This document shows positions 13,051-25,853 of a stretch of 64,000 nucleotides of DNA, in pieces. The notes beneath the pieces are model-generated. The model saw nothing but the letters and a program-made list of their open reading frames with translations, was not told the origin of the DNA and did not search any database. Every line of letters starts with the position of its first letter. Position 1 is the stretch's first letter. The DNA comes from Octopus bimaculoides (taxonomy: Eukaryota), in assembly GCF_001194135.2 (NCBI RefSeq), contig NC_068982.1:20699691-20763690 (forward strand), given 5' to 3'. Made by a program: the position numbers and the translations under genes.

Positions 13051-13794
13051 GAGTGAGTAGAGAGTCACGGGTCACGGAAAATATTTATGAACGCAACCGA
13101 AGAACATTGATGGAAAAACAAACAAACGATGGACTGTATAATCACCACTTGAATCTGATATTTGGTTAGATATTTAACTAATTGACAAGTGACGAAGAAG
13201 TGGAATTGAATCTGTTCGTGCTTTATTATTTTCGGCGTAATGACACTCCAAAGACACATGAATTTTGAAACCGTAATCCTTTTGGCTAGTGCCTTACTGA
13301 ATTATTAAAGCACTTCATCTGCTAGTCAATATGCTGCTGAGATACAGTACTATCTGTTGTATTTGTCATATCGTTATTATTAAAATTTACGTTAAAATCA
13401 TTTTTATTGTTGTCGTTATTGTTGATGTTACTAGTTGCACTTTAAATATATCAATAGATATATAAAACTCATTTGTATTCGCATTGAACTCCTAAGTCGT
13501 ATTCATTATATGAATGGCCTTTCTGTTTATAACTTCAACTATATTCATATTTTATCGGCAATACAAATAAGTATGGTTGTTGGAATTGGAATGGTGTCGA
13601 TGGGAATCTAAACGGTAAAAGAGATTATGAATATTTTCAACACTATTTATTGAATATAAGTGCACCTGTGTATCTTTTCAACAGATAGTATTCCATTAAT
13701 CATATAAGAGCTGGTACATTATTTACAATGAAAAAAAGAGTAATATATAAAGTCATAATTATTTATACATTGCACGAAACTTTAGGCCTTATTT

Positions 13795-13910
13795 CTCACA
13801 TAAGCACAAGACCGTCAGGTTGAGCTGGCAGTGGTAAGTTGTTCTATCGACATTATGTTATCGACTCCAATAGGATGAAGGCTAATTTCGTCTCGGCAGG
13901 ATTCGGAATG
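13795..13910 (-). mobile_element. SINE family B fragment (old)
   Basis: Reverse complement contains gccttcatcctattggagtcgataac...ggtcttgtgctta, matching the core at 62545-62580. Confidence 0.6.
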
Positions 13911-15482
13911 AATACTGAAAATTACACATTCCAGACCTCTAAGGACTTGCACCATGTATAATTTATTTTTAGATAATCAACTATACAAAAACTAACTTAT
14001 ATGAATATAATTTCCTTGTTAGCCTGTGAAATAAAATGTTAGGTATATTTCCTAATTAAGATCTGAAACATCTAATTACTGTAGAGTTCGAAGCTCTGGT
14101 ACATAAAATAAATTATCTGCGGGCAAACTAAACTAAATACTGGAAGAAAGAAATTGAATATTCAAGTCATATCTTATGCTAATTTTATTTCATTAATTTT
14201 CATATTCTGCACACAATTTCAGAATAGAATAAACGCACACTGTTAATTGCTTTTCTGCTCGTTATCCTTAAATTTTTCTCATTGAAGACAAGTTGTACGT
14301 AAAAATAATTTGATAATAAATCATATTATTTATCACTCATTATCAAAAACACTTCTATTATTTAGTAACATATATTTATAAAATTGAATATTCAATTTTG
14401 TAATTTACAGTTACGTAACAAATACACTCTCTTTATGTCAAATGAATATAAAATATAACCTTCGACACTGATAAATTTATCAGAGCCATTCTGCTTATAA
14501 TATACCATAATTTAACTGAAATAAACTTCCAACTATCAAATACTCAACAGATGTAGCGACTAAAAGGCAGCATGGTCATAATCATACCGAATCAAATGGT
14601 ATAAATAAATCTAAATCGGAGATGAAAATGTTTTGCTAAAAATTTAAAATATAAGCCAGAGATATTATTTCACTTATATTGTAAAGTAACGCCACATAAT
14701 TTACATAATGAAGCTATCATGTTCAATCCGTTTACAACGAGTTAAGAAAAGTGGAAAGAAAAATTGACTTGATAACGATGAAACTGAAATCTACCGGGAA
14801 ATATAGTCTGGACAGTTTTCGACTACCGAAGTTTTTCACTAACAGTGATGTTGAAATAATTTCGTTTGTTTTCTTTCCTATTCCCTTGCGCAACTAAAAC
14901 GACATGTTAATTATTCTCTTTCTTGGTACAAACTAGTGTGTAGTTTTGTAATACACCTTATCAGTATGCCTATCAGGAAATTAATACGTTATAGCACAGA
15001 ATTCAGAATAATGCGTTTAAGTGTATTTGTTGAGAAATCAATAAAAATATATTAATAACTAAGTGTGTAAATCTTTTTTCACTCGTACATACAACTACAT
15101 ATAGACACAGACATATGTACAAATCATCATACAAACAAATAAAAATAAAAATTCATAAACAACAACAACGATTGTATCACAAATAGAACTTTCGTTTTGG
15201 CGTTTTGTGTGGTGATATGATAAAATACATTTCATCCTCGACAGTGAAGAATTGAAAAACAACATGATTTTGTACTTTGCACACAATGGCTGTGCATCAG
15301 ATATAGCTTCCAGTTCTCTATGATGTCATATAATTCCATCTCTTCATTCCATACGTTTTGTAATTACACATGTGTATATCTATCTAACTGCATGTCTGTC
15401 TGATTGTCTATATATTATGTATCTATTTTTCTATCTATCAAATTTGTATATATATGTATATATATATATTATGGATATTAAT

Positions 15483-16384
15483 GCGAGGAAGCGTAAAATA
15501 TTATGGCTCGCACCACCTCTCTCTCTCTAAGTTAAATTTATACCTTGACCTCCCTTTAAAATCCTAAGATCTAATTTTCCACCACAGCATAGATACTATC
15601 CCATCTTTAACAAATCATCGGTGAAAATCTCTTATTCCACCACACTTAATTTAAGATCCGTAATCGCCTCCTTGAAAACACCCAGACACCAACATCAGTC
15701 CTTTGAACACCTAAACCCGCACGCTGTACTCCAAATTAACCCACATAGTAGCAATAATACAGCCCTTAGTAATCCCACGGAATTGAATAATACTACCCTC
15801 GAGCCATCATTCCAAAATCCAACCTACGCGACAACAAATACTAGCTGCGATACCATGCCCCAATCTAATACCAATACAGATTATACTTCAGATTCTCCCC
15901 TACTAACAACAAACCAACCGAGTTCAAACTCACTGACTGTGAACCAAATCCACGGAGCAGATAGAAAAACTTGCAACTGTCGCATATGTTTATTATGCCC
16001 TCTTGGAGGCTCCTGTCTACGCAAAAGTATATTCTACAAAAGCTGTGTTATAACATCACGCTCCCACCAAGAAAGGGCAACGTATATTTCAAGAGCTGCT
16101 ACTGTGCACACATGAACTCTTTCACCAATCCAAATTCTAATTTATCAACCTCTTTACCATCGTATATACACAACCTCAAATCTCAAAATATTACATAAAC
16201 CCTATCTTAGTCCATTGAAATGAAGCTCCCTCATACAATGCAAGCATCGACTAGTGTATGTTATGTCTAAAAGAATCATTAACCATTATCCGCCGTCATA
16301 ACTCCTCATAGATTGTCTGATATTATTTATTCTTGTAAACACAGGTACTACTCATCTTTCGCGCACTTCGCCAAATCTATGTAA
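15483..16384 (+). mobile_element. Penelope-like element remnant: RT C-terminus, long linker, Cys motif and GIY-YIG endonuclease
   Basis: RKRKILWLAPP; FPPQHRYYPIFNKSSVKISYST; TCNCR..CPLGGSCL.KSIFYK; HMNSF...STSL.SYIHNLK; CMLCLKESL; SCKHRYY; decayed by stops and frameshifts. Confidence 0.9.
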
Positions 16385-17753
16385 TTCTATAATAAGTTTC
16401 CATACACACAAAAAAAAAGAAATCTTAAACTAAGACAGATAGCCTTGCAACATACTACTTGAAAAATACTAATCCTGCATCTTACTCTTTCACATACACA
16501 CATCTCCAATTTCTTCTAAATTCTTCAAATCAACTACTTCCCACTTTCATCTTAGCCTCCCCATCCTCCCCAGTCTCAATACTCCTCTCCTTAACAATAC
16601 TCCACTTCTCTGAAAACTAACCAATTTGCCTTACTTCTCCCAACTGACACCCCTTTATTCAATTTTATAGACCTCTCTTTACCATAACACCACTCCAATA
16701 CCAATCCAATTCCTTTGGCCCACTAACAGCTATTTTTGACCACATTCTCGACCCCAGTCAACTCATTTCATTCAAATAATAGCCAACCCCTTTTCACTCT
16801 GTCAACTTTTAACTCTATAGCCTCCATATAAACTATTAACACAGTGGTCATCTTTCTCATACTACCTAAACCACCCTTCCCTCTTCCTCCCAACTTCAAC
16901 CTCTACTGCTATTACTAGCCTCATTATTAACCCAATAACGATATCTGTTTTCTCCTCCCACTACTCTCTATCTAAACAACCCCAACTCCTCTTTCTAATA
17001 TACGCAGTTCTTCACAGTATCCTTCGATCTTTAAACTCCATTCTGTCGACAACTGATTGCATTTTTTTCACATCGCGAGCGTATAACAACAGTATTTAGT
17101 GTGATACAATATCAGTTAATGTCGAATAAACTGAAAGAACGCCACTGATTTGATGGTCAAAAATTATGCAGAACTGAATTAGACTTTGGTAGTATTTGTA
17201 ATCTTGTGGGCGCTGCACTTGCGCCTTGGAGAAGGTTTTACTCAACAAATTTTGTATTATAAGTTTATCATTTAAAACATTATGTCCTGATCTGTCACTG
17301 CAATTATACTAGTACTTTCAACGCAACAATATTTTTTCACACACCTTATGATAAGAATATATACTAAACTGAAGAAAAATCTCCACGTTGATTTAGGACA
17401 TTAAATAACAACTTATTCGCATATAAAAACATAACATATCATTCAATTGAAAAGCAAGTTTATTGTGCTCATGGAAACTAACGAAGTGACATTTTGGCAG
17501 GTATCACAGCGTGTGAATAATGTTTTATGTGTCTTTCGTAAAAACTTAGCCTTTAATTTAAACAGGAAATTACTGTCGTTTGTTGATAAGTATCTAAGCC
17601 AGGGCTGGCATTCTGACAGCACATTTTACTATTTTAATAGAGTCTCATTCATCCGTTGTCTTGGATTGTTAATGCCATTGAAGATATAAACATATATATT
17701 TTTGTTAAAAGTGCATGCCGGACTCTATAAAATATAATTAGGTCCCAAAGCAA

Positions 17754-17831
17754 AAGGGATGCATCAGGCCTAGTTGTATGGTTTCCCACCCGCGAGGGAT
17801 TTATGTAAGAAATGTCGAAACGATCATTGTG
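17754..17831 (+). repeat. Copy 1 of a 78-bp direct duplication
   Basis: 76/78 identical to 18794-18871. Confidence 0.95.
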
Positions 17832-18793
17832 TTGTTTATTAACTTATATTTGCACAATCCTATTACGAAGTTTGTAATGACAAGTTAGATAAATTATCTT
17901 CCAAAAACAAATGCTTATAGACATGTGCAATGTATCAATAAACAATATGTTCGTAATCCTACATCTTGGAAATGGCAAATATGATTTTGTTCGAAAATAT
18001 CATTGTATATAATGGGGTTTAGAACCAATATTTCTATAAATAATAATTTTTCGGAATGTGAATAAATAAATGGATACTTGATTTGATCACATTCAGTTAT
18101 ATTTAAAGTTAACTTCATATAACTTCATATAAGTTAGTGGAAAATAAAAATGTGACGAATAAATTCTGCCTAATGCTGTCTACACTAGGAAAAACAAATT
18201 TAATCGGAAATAGTAGTGCAGTCTTAAATATAAAGTGCACTTCTGAAAATAGAGAAAATACTACCAAATAAATACATTGAACTGTTTGCCTGAGAATACA
18301 TCATAAACGTGCAATGTTCTCAACTGAAGTACACAATAGCTATAACTACCTATACATGTGTGTGGGTGGGTGTGTGTGTGTGTGTGTGTGCGTGTGTGTG
18401 TATGTGTATGTGTGTGTGTGTGTGTGTGCACCTACGCGTATGTGGATGTATGTATCATAACAATAAGTAGAAAAACAGCCAAGAGTGAGATTTACTGCTA
18501 CTCACAAAATAATTTATACATTTGATTCCCAGTTTTTGCAATCTTATGCAACAGTTAATTTCCCTTTCTTGCCTTAATTCTTTTAAATATTTCTCAGTTA
18601 CTCAGTAAATGTATTTAGAATAATACTTTGCATTCACAGACAACGAAAGAGAAGGAGCATCCTGTTGATTTGACTTAGCTACAAATGCGTAAACCTATTG
18701 TCACTAATACCATGCCATATTATATCCGAGCGAAACAGTGTTCATTTAACGAGATGCCTCTTATAACATCACCTGTTGAGATGCTTCTGTTTC

Positions 18794-18871
18794 AAGGGAT
18801 GCATCAGGCCTAGTTGTATGGTTTCCCACCCGCGAGGGATTCATGTAAGAAATATCGAAACGATCATTGTG
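18794..18871 (+). repeat. Copy 2 of the 78-bp direct duplication; contains candidate 72-nt exon 18797-18868
   Basis: Flanked by ttctgtttcaag (acceptor-like) and gtgagc (donor-like). Confidence 0.9.
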
Positions 18872-18908
18872 AGCAATGAAGCCACCCGTGTATTCCATTT
18901 ATCGCCCT

Positions 18909-18962
<54 letters not shown>

Positions 18963-19818
18963 TATATAATATGACTTCTTTGTCTGTGAATATGGCCTAA
19001 CAATATTCATCATATAATTAGCAATCAAATTCTAAATTCTAGGAATTTCATGCTTCTGAAGACTTCAGCTGTAGAGTGTAATTAATTCTAATATAATTCT
19101 GTTTCAGATATTTCCTTTAATTTGTATAGAAGCAATTTGCTTGAAATTGTGTTTATAAATCATCTATTTTTGAATTAATTGTGAATAATATTATTAGAAT
19201 TTTGCGCTTTCATCATTGAGTTTGAAATCTAATAGCACAAATGCTTTTAAGATACTCTCCATGATGATATTGCTAAGTTTGATGTCAAAAATCAAATTCA
19301 TGAGACGTCTAGGAGTAAATTAACTTCAACGCTGAGAAGTCAAACGCAGTGGTGCATGAGAAAAATTATTAAATTTGCAAATTTGACACATGTAGCCCAC
19401 GACTTCTGATATCTACTCCTTAGAGTTTACCTACTTCCAGTAACATGATGAATTCGGTTCTTAGAATCAATGTAAGAGTTATTTATTACAGATTTCATTA
19501 ATTGAATCCAGCAATGCAGTTGCTACAAAATTTATTGATGTCCTCTTGGTCGTAAATGTACAATGAAGTGTTGATGTATTATGCTAAAGTGAACTTCACA
19601 GAGCAGATTGAAGAGATTACACCTTGAAGTCAAGAAACATACATGTTTATGATTAAGGTCTCGTAGATTTTAAGGAAATGCTTCATCAACATTACGTCAA
19701 GTTTTCGAAATATATTTCTATTTCTATAATCGTTATATATTCTATTTTTCTTAATTCAAATATATGTAAATATATTTGTACTGCTTTCAGTTTTTATCTT
19801 TACCACATGCAGACATAT

Positions 19819-20060
19819 TTTTTATTCTTTTATTCTTCTATTCTTTTATTCTTTCTCTTGTTTGATTTCTTTTACTGCAGCCATGCTGGCGCACCGCTTT
19901 TCGTCGAACGAATCGATTTATTGTTTGTAAGCCTAGTAACTATCCTATCGGAGTCTTTGGCCAAACCGATAAATGACGGGAACGTAAACACACCAACATC
20001 GGTATGAAGCGATGTTGGTGGTTGGGAGCAAACAGAGACAAACAAGTACATACGTATATA
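19819..20060 (-). mobile_element. SINE family A, 3' half
   Basis: Reverse complement of the ...gctggcgcaccgctttt...gtaagcctagtaactatcctatcgg tail plus a (tttattc)n tail. Confidence 0.85.
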
Positions 20061-20352
20061 GGACTGACTGTGTGGTAAGTAGCTTGCTTACCAAACACAT
20101 GGTTCTGCCTTCAGTCCACTACGTAGCATCTCGGGCAAGTGTTTTCTACTATAGCCTCCGGACGACCCAAACCTTGTGAATGAATTTCGTTGACGGATTA
20201 TATATGTGTATGTGTGTGTGTGCATGCGCGTGTTTGTGTGTTTGTAGGTGTGTGTATGTTTGTATGTCTGTGTTTGTCCACCTACCATCGCTTGACAACC
20301 GATCTCGGTGCGTCTTCGTACCCGTAACTTTAGCGGTTCGGCAAAAGAGAAC
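20061..20352 (+). mobile_element. SINE family A, 3'-truncated where the foldback element begins
   Basis: Head gtgtggtaagtagcttgcttacc...ttcagtccactacgtagca; internal (TG)n; core cgtaactttagcggttcggcaaaagaga. Confidence 0.9.
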
Positions 20353-20357
20353 AAACA

Positions 20358-21340
20358 GACTGTAATCATCACATGAATAGTAATTTTTTATAACTTAAAG
20401 GTAACGCCCAAGAATACAACTAGTGTGTGGCTAGATAGAATCTGTCGAGGCCGATAGTAAAAAAAGGGAGAATGAACAGCTACGTTGGCCGTTTAAATTA
20501 AGAAAAGAGTATAACATGATATCCAAAGTCAGTAAACCGGGTGAGACGGAGACTGCTAGGCTAGATTCTAGGTCGGCTGGAGTGGGGTGTAGGAGATAGT
20601 TTATTATAGTAAGCTGGGCGTAGTGGTAAGGAGAGTTCATAAAACAATTAAGGATAAGGGGATAAGAATGGATATATAAATCAAACATAAGGGTGAAAGG
20701 GAAAATAAAAATAAAAATAAAAATAAAATAGAAATAAAAGAAAAATTAAAGAATACAAGCAAACCAGATATAGAATCGGAGTATAGGAATCACTCACTAC
20801 GGGTAAAAAAAACAGGGGATCAGCACAGAGGAGATACAGAAATATAGGGGTATTCTGTAGATAATGATTCAAAGTAGTGGGTGAGTTCTAGGCCATCAAA
20901 AATCAAACTTTTATGGATATTAAAGTTATAGTAAAGTAGAGTGTTACCTTGTATTCTTTTATTTTTTCTTCTATCTCCATTTCTATCATTATTTTTATAT
21001 TTCCTTTTAACTTTATACTTGATTTCTTTATCTTTTCTTCTCCCCTTATCCTTAATTGTTTTATGAACTCTCCTTACCACTACGCCAAGTTTACTTTAAT
21101 AAATTATCTCCTACACCCCACTCCAACCTACCTAGAATCTAGCTCAGCAGACTCATTAACGCCTGCTTCACTGACCTTGAAAATCATATTACACTCTTTT
21201 CTTAAACTAAACGGCCAACGTAGCTGATCATTCTCCCTTTTCACAGTCGGCATCGACGAATCCTAGCCTCATACTAGTTGTATTTTGGGGGCTATTCCTT
21301 TGCCTTGTAAAAAATTACTACTCACCTGATGATTACAGTC
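20358..21340. mobile_element. About 1-kb foldback element (about 300-bp inverted arms), class unclear
   Basis: Arm 20358-20662 is the reverse complement of 21041-21340; the ORF track shows parallel peptides (PLILNCFMNSPYHYA...LNGQRS) on opposite strands; an inner weaker match aagaatacaag/cttgtattctt. Confidence 0.85.
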
Positions 21341-21453
21341 TTTTATAATGATTTAATGTTTTCATACTTCAATTAAAAAAGATACGTATGAAACAGCTGT
21401 AATGAGTTGACAAGTATACATCGTTTGTTATTATTCATTTGATTATATACATA

Positions 21454-21625
21454 TAGGCGTAGAAATGCTATGTGGTAAGTAGCTTGCCTACCAACCACAT
21501 GATTCCAGGTTCAGTCCCACTGCGTGGCACCTTGGGTAAGTGTCTTCTACTATAGCCTCGGGCCGACCGAAGCCTTGTGAGTGGATTCGGTAAAGAGAAA
21601 CTGAAAGAAGTCGGTCGTATATAGG
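21454..21625 (+). mobile_element. SINE family A head, running into the gap at 21626
   Basis: A-box-like gctatgtggtaag, B-box-like ggttcagtccc, ctatagcctcgggccgacc. Confidence 0.92.
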
Positions 21626-21857
21626 NNNNNNNNNNTGTCTGTTTTTTATGTTTTATTTATATTCCTGCAGAACCAATGTGGGGTATAGAATATGGAATAT
21701 ACAATATATAATATAAAATAAAATAAAATAAACATGGATGGCACAATGAAATAAAGTATTGAATGTAGATGAAATATTGAGTGTTCAATATAAAGGATCA
21801 AATATATAAATATAAATATTATATATATAGAATTTACTCACAAATTATTAATCAGTG

Positions 21858-21962
21858 AAAGGCCATAGCAGAAGACACTGTCCATGCTACCGCGCGTGAT
21901 ACTGAACCCGAACAACTTATTTGTAATATGACCTTCTTAACGAAACAGCTATGCCTGTACCT
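21858..21962 (-). mobile_element. SINE family A head (old)
   Basis: ggccatagcagaagacact...tactgaacccgaac...cttcttaacgaaacagctatgcctg is the reverse complement of the head. Confidence 0.65.
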
Positions 21963-23414
21963 GTTAAAAAACTTAGAAAGTAAGTTTCAGATCTTCCTTA
22001 AATGGGATACATAATGCATTTTATAAATATGGAAATATTGTTCGTACGATTTTATTGAATAAGCGTAGCACTTATACAATATAATTATCAATATATATAT
22101 ATATATATCTGCTACTGTCACTAAATGGATCGATCAATCGCATGTTCCCCATTTTTTGTTCAAAACTATGCCTGAATATTGCAAGGTATTATAGCAGCTA
22201 GAGCATAATTCATGATAAAATAGATATTTTATATTGCAGTATATTAGTTAATACGTTACACCGTCTGAAAACACTAATAGTTTAAAACAAGGTACATATC
22301 ATAAAATGCAAATTTGATTTTCTCTTTATGGAGCAGGAATCTTTCAGGTCCTACATTTGATAAAATCGTTATATCTCTTTTGTATTATTTATGGATATGG
22401 ATTCATACTCAAAAGAATGGAAAAGGTTTTAGGAATCTTCATATTAAACAGTATTTCTACTGATCTCCTGACATTACTGTGATCATTACAGACTTTTTAT
22501 TGTCTATCAATTCATGACGTCATATTTATCATAGGGAATTTTTCAGGTACACAAAATATGTAATGGAAATTTAAAGGACCAAATGATAACTTTACATTTT
22601 TACAACCACAATGAAGCACGGCAATTTTAATACTGCTCATATTTGTGAGTTTGAGATATAATTTCAAACGAATCTCTACAGTTTTCAAATACAAGTTATT
22701 TGAAAGCTACTTTAATTAGTACTATAGACAGTCCATATTTTAAATTGAAATTTATTAGAACATATTTATTGCATGTGGAATTCTATTTACATCCACTACT
22801 CGGTAATCCCACCCATCCACATTCTATTTAATATATTAATTTCAGTAAGTGCTGATTCATTCATTTAGTGAGATGATTCAGTCAGTGGAAAGAGTAAAAA
22901 TAAACGATAATTGCAATTAACATTTGAAAATGTCCATATTCCCAAACCAAATCTCATTTTAAAATTTTGAATGAAATTTTATTTCCATTCTTCTATATAT
23001 GGATTGGAATATTGAATCAATTATGCAAAACGTTCAAAAGCATATAATAGAAATTGAATTTGTTACGTATTTTTTATAAATGTTATTAGCTGAGGCACCA
23101 TTTATATTATACTGCCTGCTCACTTTAAAAATACGAACATTTATGTAAGGCCATCAGAAAATCTAAAAAATAGCAGCATTTGTAGAAGTTAATCTGTTAT
23201 AGTCCAAATCGTAATGTTTTGATGAATTTCTTTTTTTTTAGAAAATATTAATTCCATTTATATTCTGCAGAATAAATATAATAATTTCAAATTAGATGTA
23301 TAAGAAATTCATGTCTTATCACGTAAATACATCGAAAATTTAATTTAAGTGGAATATTAGGTAAAAGTAGAATGTTTACGGAAATATATTTCTTTTAATA
23401 TCAAGGATCCCTAA

Positions 23415-23634
23415 GGCGGTGGCCTGACAGAACCGTTACATCATTGGCCAAAGTAATTGGCTGCATTTTGTCCGTCTTTACATTCTGAGATCAAATGCCG
23501 CCGGAGACGACTTCGCCTTTATCCATCTATACGGAGTCGATAAAAGACGTACAACTTCAGCAGTAGGGTCGATGTAATTGGCTTACTCCACCCATGAAAT
23601 CGCTGACCTAGTACCATCATTTGAAACCATTATT
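23415..23634 (+). mobile_element. SINE family B
   Basis: gtccgtctttacattctgagatcaaatgccgccggagacgacttcgcctt...ggagtcgataaa...gggtcgatgtaattggct. Confidence 0.8.
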
Positions 23635-24420
23635 AAGGATCTACGTTTTCAGTGTAGAGAATGTGTTCCGAACAACAAGGTAGTTGAGAAATGCCAAAGA
23701 ATTTTGAAGGGACAATGAATTCGGTTTTCTGAAGAGTATTGGTAAATGATTCATCTACTTTTATCAAACAACTATAATAAACCCAACACAACACATGGTT
23801 AGTAAAGTCTTTCACTAATATCTCTGATATAAATTGGGAAGACATTTCCGTAAAATATTCAAGTATTTCTAAACTTAAATTTTCACATGACACAATTTCT
23901 CTTCATTTCTGTGGCGTATATTTCAGATTGTATGTGTCACGAACATTTACATATACCATCGCTCAACTTTGATGCCGTATTTATATTCTACATACACTGG
24001 AAAATATATGCGAATATTTGATATACCTATGATAATAACGCTACTACGAAATGATATTGTAAATTCTGGCCTTGGTTTGGGGCATATTAGTGAAGCTTGT
24101 AAACGCATTTGATGCACTTATCCAGTATAAAAATATGTGTGTCAGTTAAGTGTTAAACAATTACAACACTGGGTATTGTGTGTCAGTTATATGAATAGGA
24201 AATTTCTCTTACATATTACGTCAACAAAACGAAACTGTCTGCGTTTCTTATTCAATGTATTTTGCCTCCCTTCATTTATCATTGAGTAGGTATTGTCAAC
24301 ACTTTGAACGGAATGCTAAAATCACTAATTTGTTAATTTGTGTTACGTCTGCTGATATGAAGTGCAAAAAAAAAATCCCCACACACTGCTAATCTGGGTT
24401 AAATTTTGCAAAGGTTTGAT

Positions 24421-25080
24421 ATCAGGTTTTCTCTAGATTTCCCCGTACTTTCCATACGTCAGCTGGCAGCCACAATAATGCCATAGAAATCTATTTAGAT
24501 GTTTGTACCTGATTGAATTTCGACGGATTATAGTGGTAGTGACAGTTTCCAGATCTAGTTGTATGTCGAAGGAGATCGAACGTTCTTTATAGATTTCGTA
24601 CCCCGAACAATCTGCAATATTGCTCTGAGAGTTTGATTCATGAGCAGCAGAATTTCGTCCCTTAGCTAACCTTGTGAGCGGATTTGGTAGGCGGAAACTG
24701 AAAGAAGCCCATCGTATATATAAATATGTGTGTGTCTGTGTATGCGTGAGTGTGTATGTAATTTATATGTGTGTGTCTTTGTTTCTGTATTTGTCCCAAC
24801 TGCCACTGCTTAACAACTTAGCTTCGTGTATGTGCGTCTGCGTAACTAGAGGCTCGGCAAAGGAACCGATGGAATAAGTGCTCAGCTTAAGAAATATGTC
24901 CTGGGGTCTTACCAGATTTTCTCTAGTTTTACTCGTACTTTTCACACATCAGTTAGCTGCATCGGGAATGCTATTTTGGTTTTTGCACCTGATTGAATTT
25001 CAACAGATTCTAGTGATATGAGTTTCCAGATTTAGTTGCACTCCAGACAATCATGGATATTGTTCTGAGGTTCTGATTGA
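24421..25080. repeat. Two diverged direct copies (24421-24640, 24911-25080) of an unidentified repeat
   Basis: Shared blocks ttttctctag, gtacttt, cctgattgaatttc, gtttccagat.tagttg, atattg.tctgag. Confidence 0.8.
24663..24908 (+). mobile_element. SINE family A, 5'- and 3'-truncated
   Basis: ccttgtgagcggatttggtaggcggaaactgaaagaagcccatcgtatata...ggaataagtgctcagctt...gtcctggggtc. Confidence 0.85.
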
Positions 25081-25550
25081 CGGCCAGTATTCTAGAACAT
25101 TCTGCACCATAATGTAAGGCAGATATTAAAAGATTATATAGTGGTGTATTAAGTGAGTAACACAAGAATTATGCTATATTCTACGCTGAATTAGAATTCC
25201 GAAATTTAGCTTAACATGATATGTACAGAAGAAATTTGATTTCTCCCTACATGCAGTTTGAATTTATTGAAATGTATTAATGCACTGAATAAAACAAATA
25301 ATTGAACAATCTATTTGAGTTAATAGATTTCTTGATATGTATTAATATTCAGAATTACATTATCATAAATGATGAACTTGATAAACATTTTTCGTGATTA
25401 TGTTGATAAAGAAAAAGAACAAAACTTCATAAATAATTGAATAATTTCATGTTTGCCAAATCATGAACAGAAGCTATTTCAGATATGCAAATTAGACATC
25501 ACCTACAAAAATATTTAGCAGCTGAGAACTTCTTTTCAGAAAACAAACAT

Positions 25551-25731
25551 AGGCGCAGGCATGGCTATGTTATAAGAAGGTTGCTTCCCAATCACATTGA
25601 TCCAGGTTCAGTCCCACTGCGTGGCACTTTCGGCTTCGGCAGCTGACTTGTAGTATAGCTACGAGCCGACCAAAGCCTCGTGAATGGATTTGGTAGAAGG
25701 AAACTGAAAGAGGCCCGTCGTATATATATAG

Positions 25732-25796
<65 letters not shown>

Positions 25797-25817
25797 TACA
25801 CACGCGCGCGCACGCAC

Positions 25818-25853
<36 letters not shown>

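Noticed and set aside
14720-14895. Short open frame ELRKVERKIDLITMKLKS...
   Set aside because: No convincing splice sites or homology
15960-16384. Selenocysteine (in-frame TGA) use as reported for Naiad-type PLEs
   Set aside because: The Cys positions I could read are TGC/TGT; the stops are explained by decay
21326-21370. CTGATGA at the end of the foldback
   Set aside because: No GAAA or stem II follows
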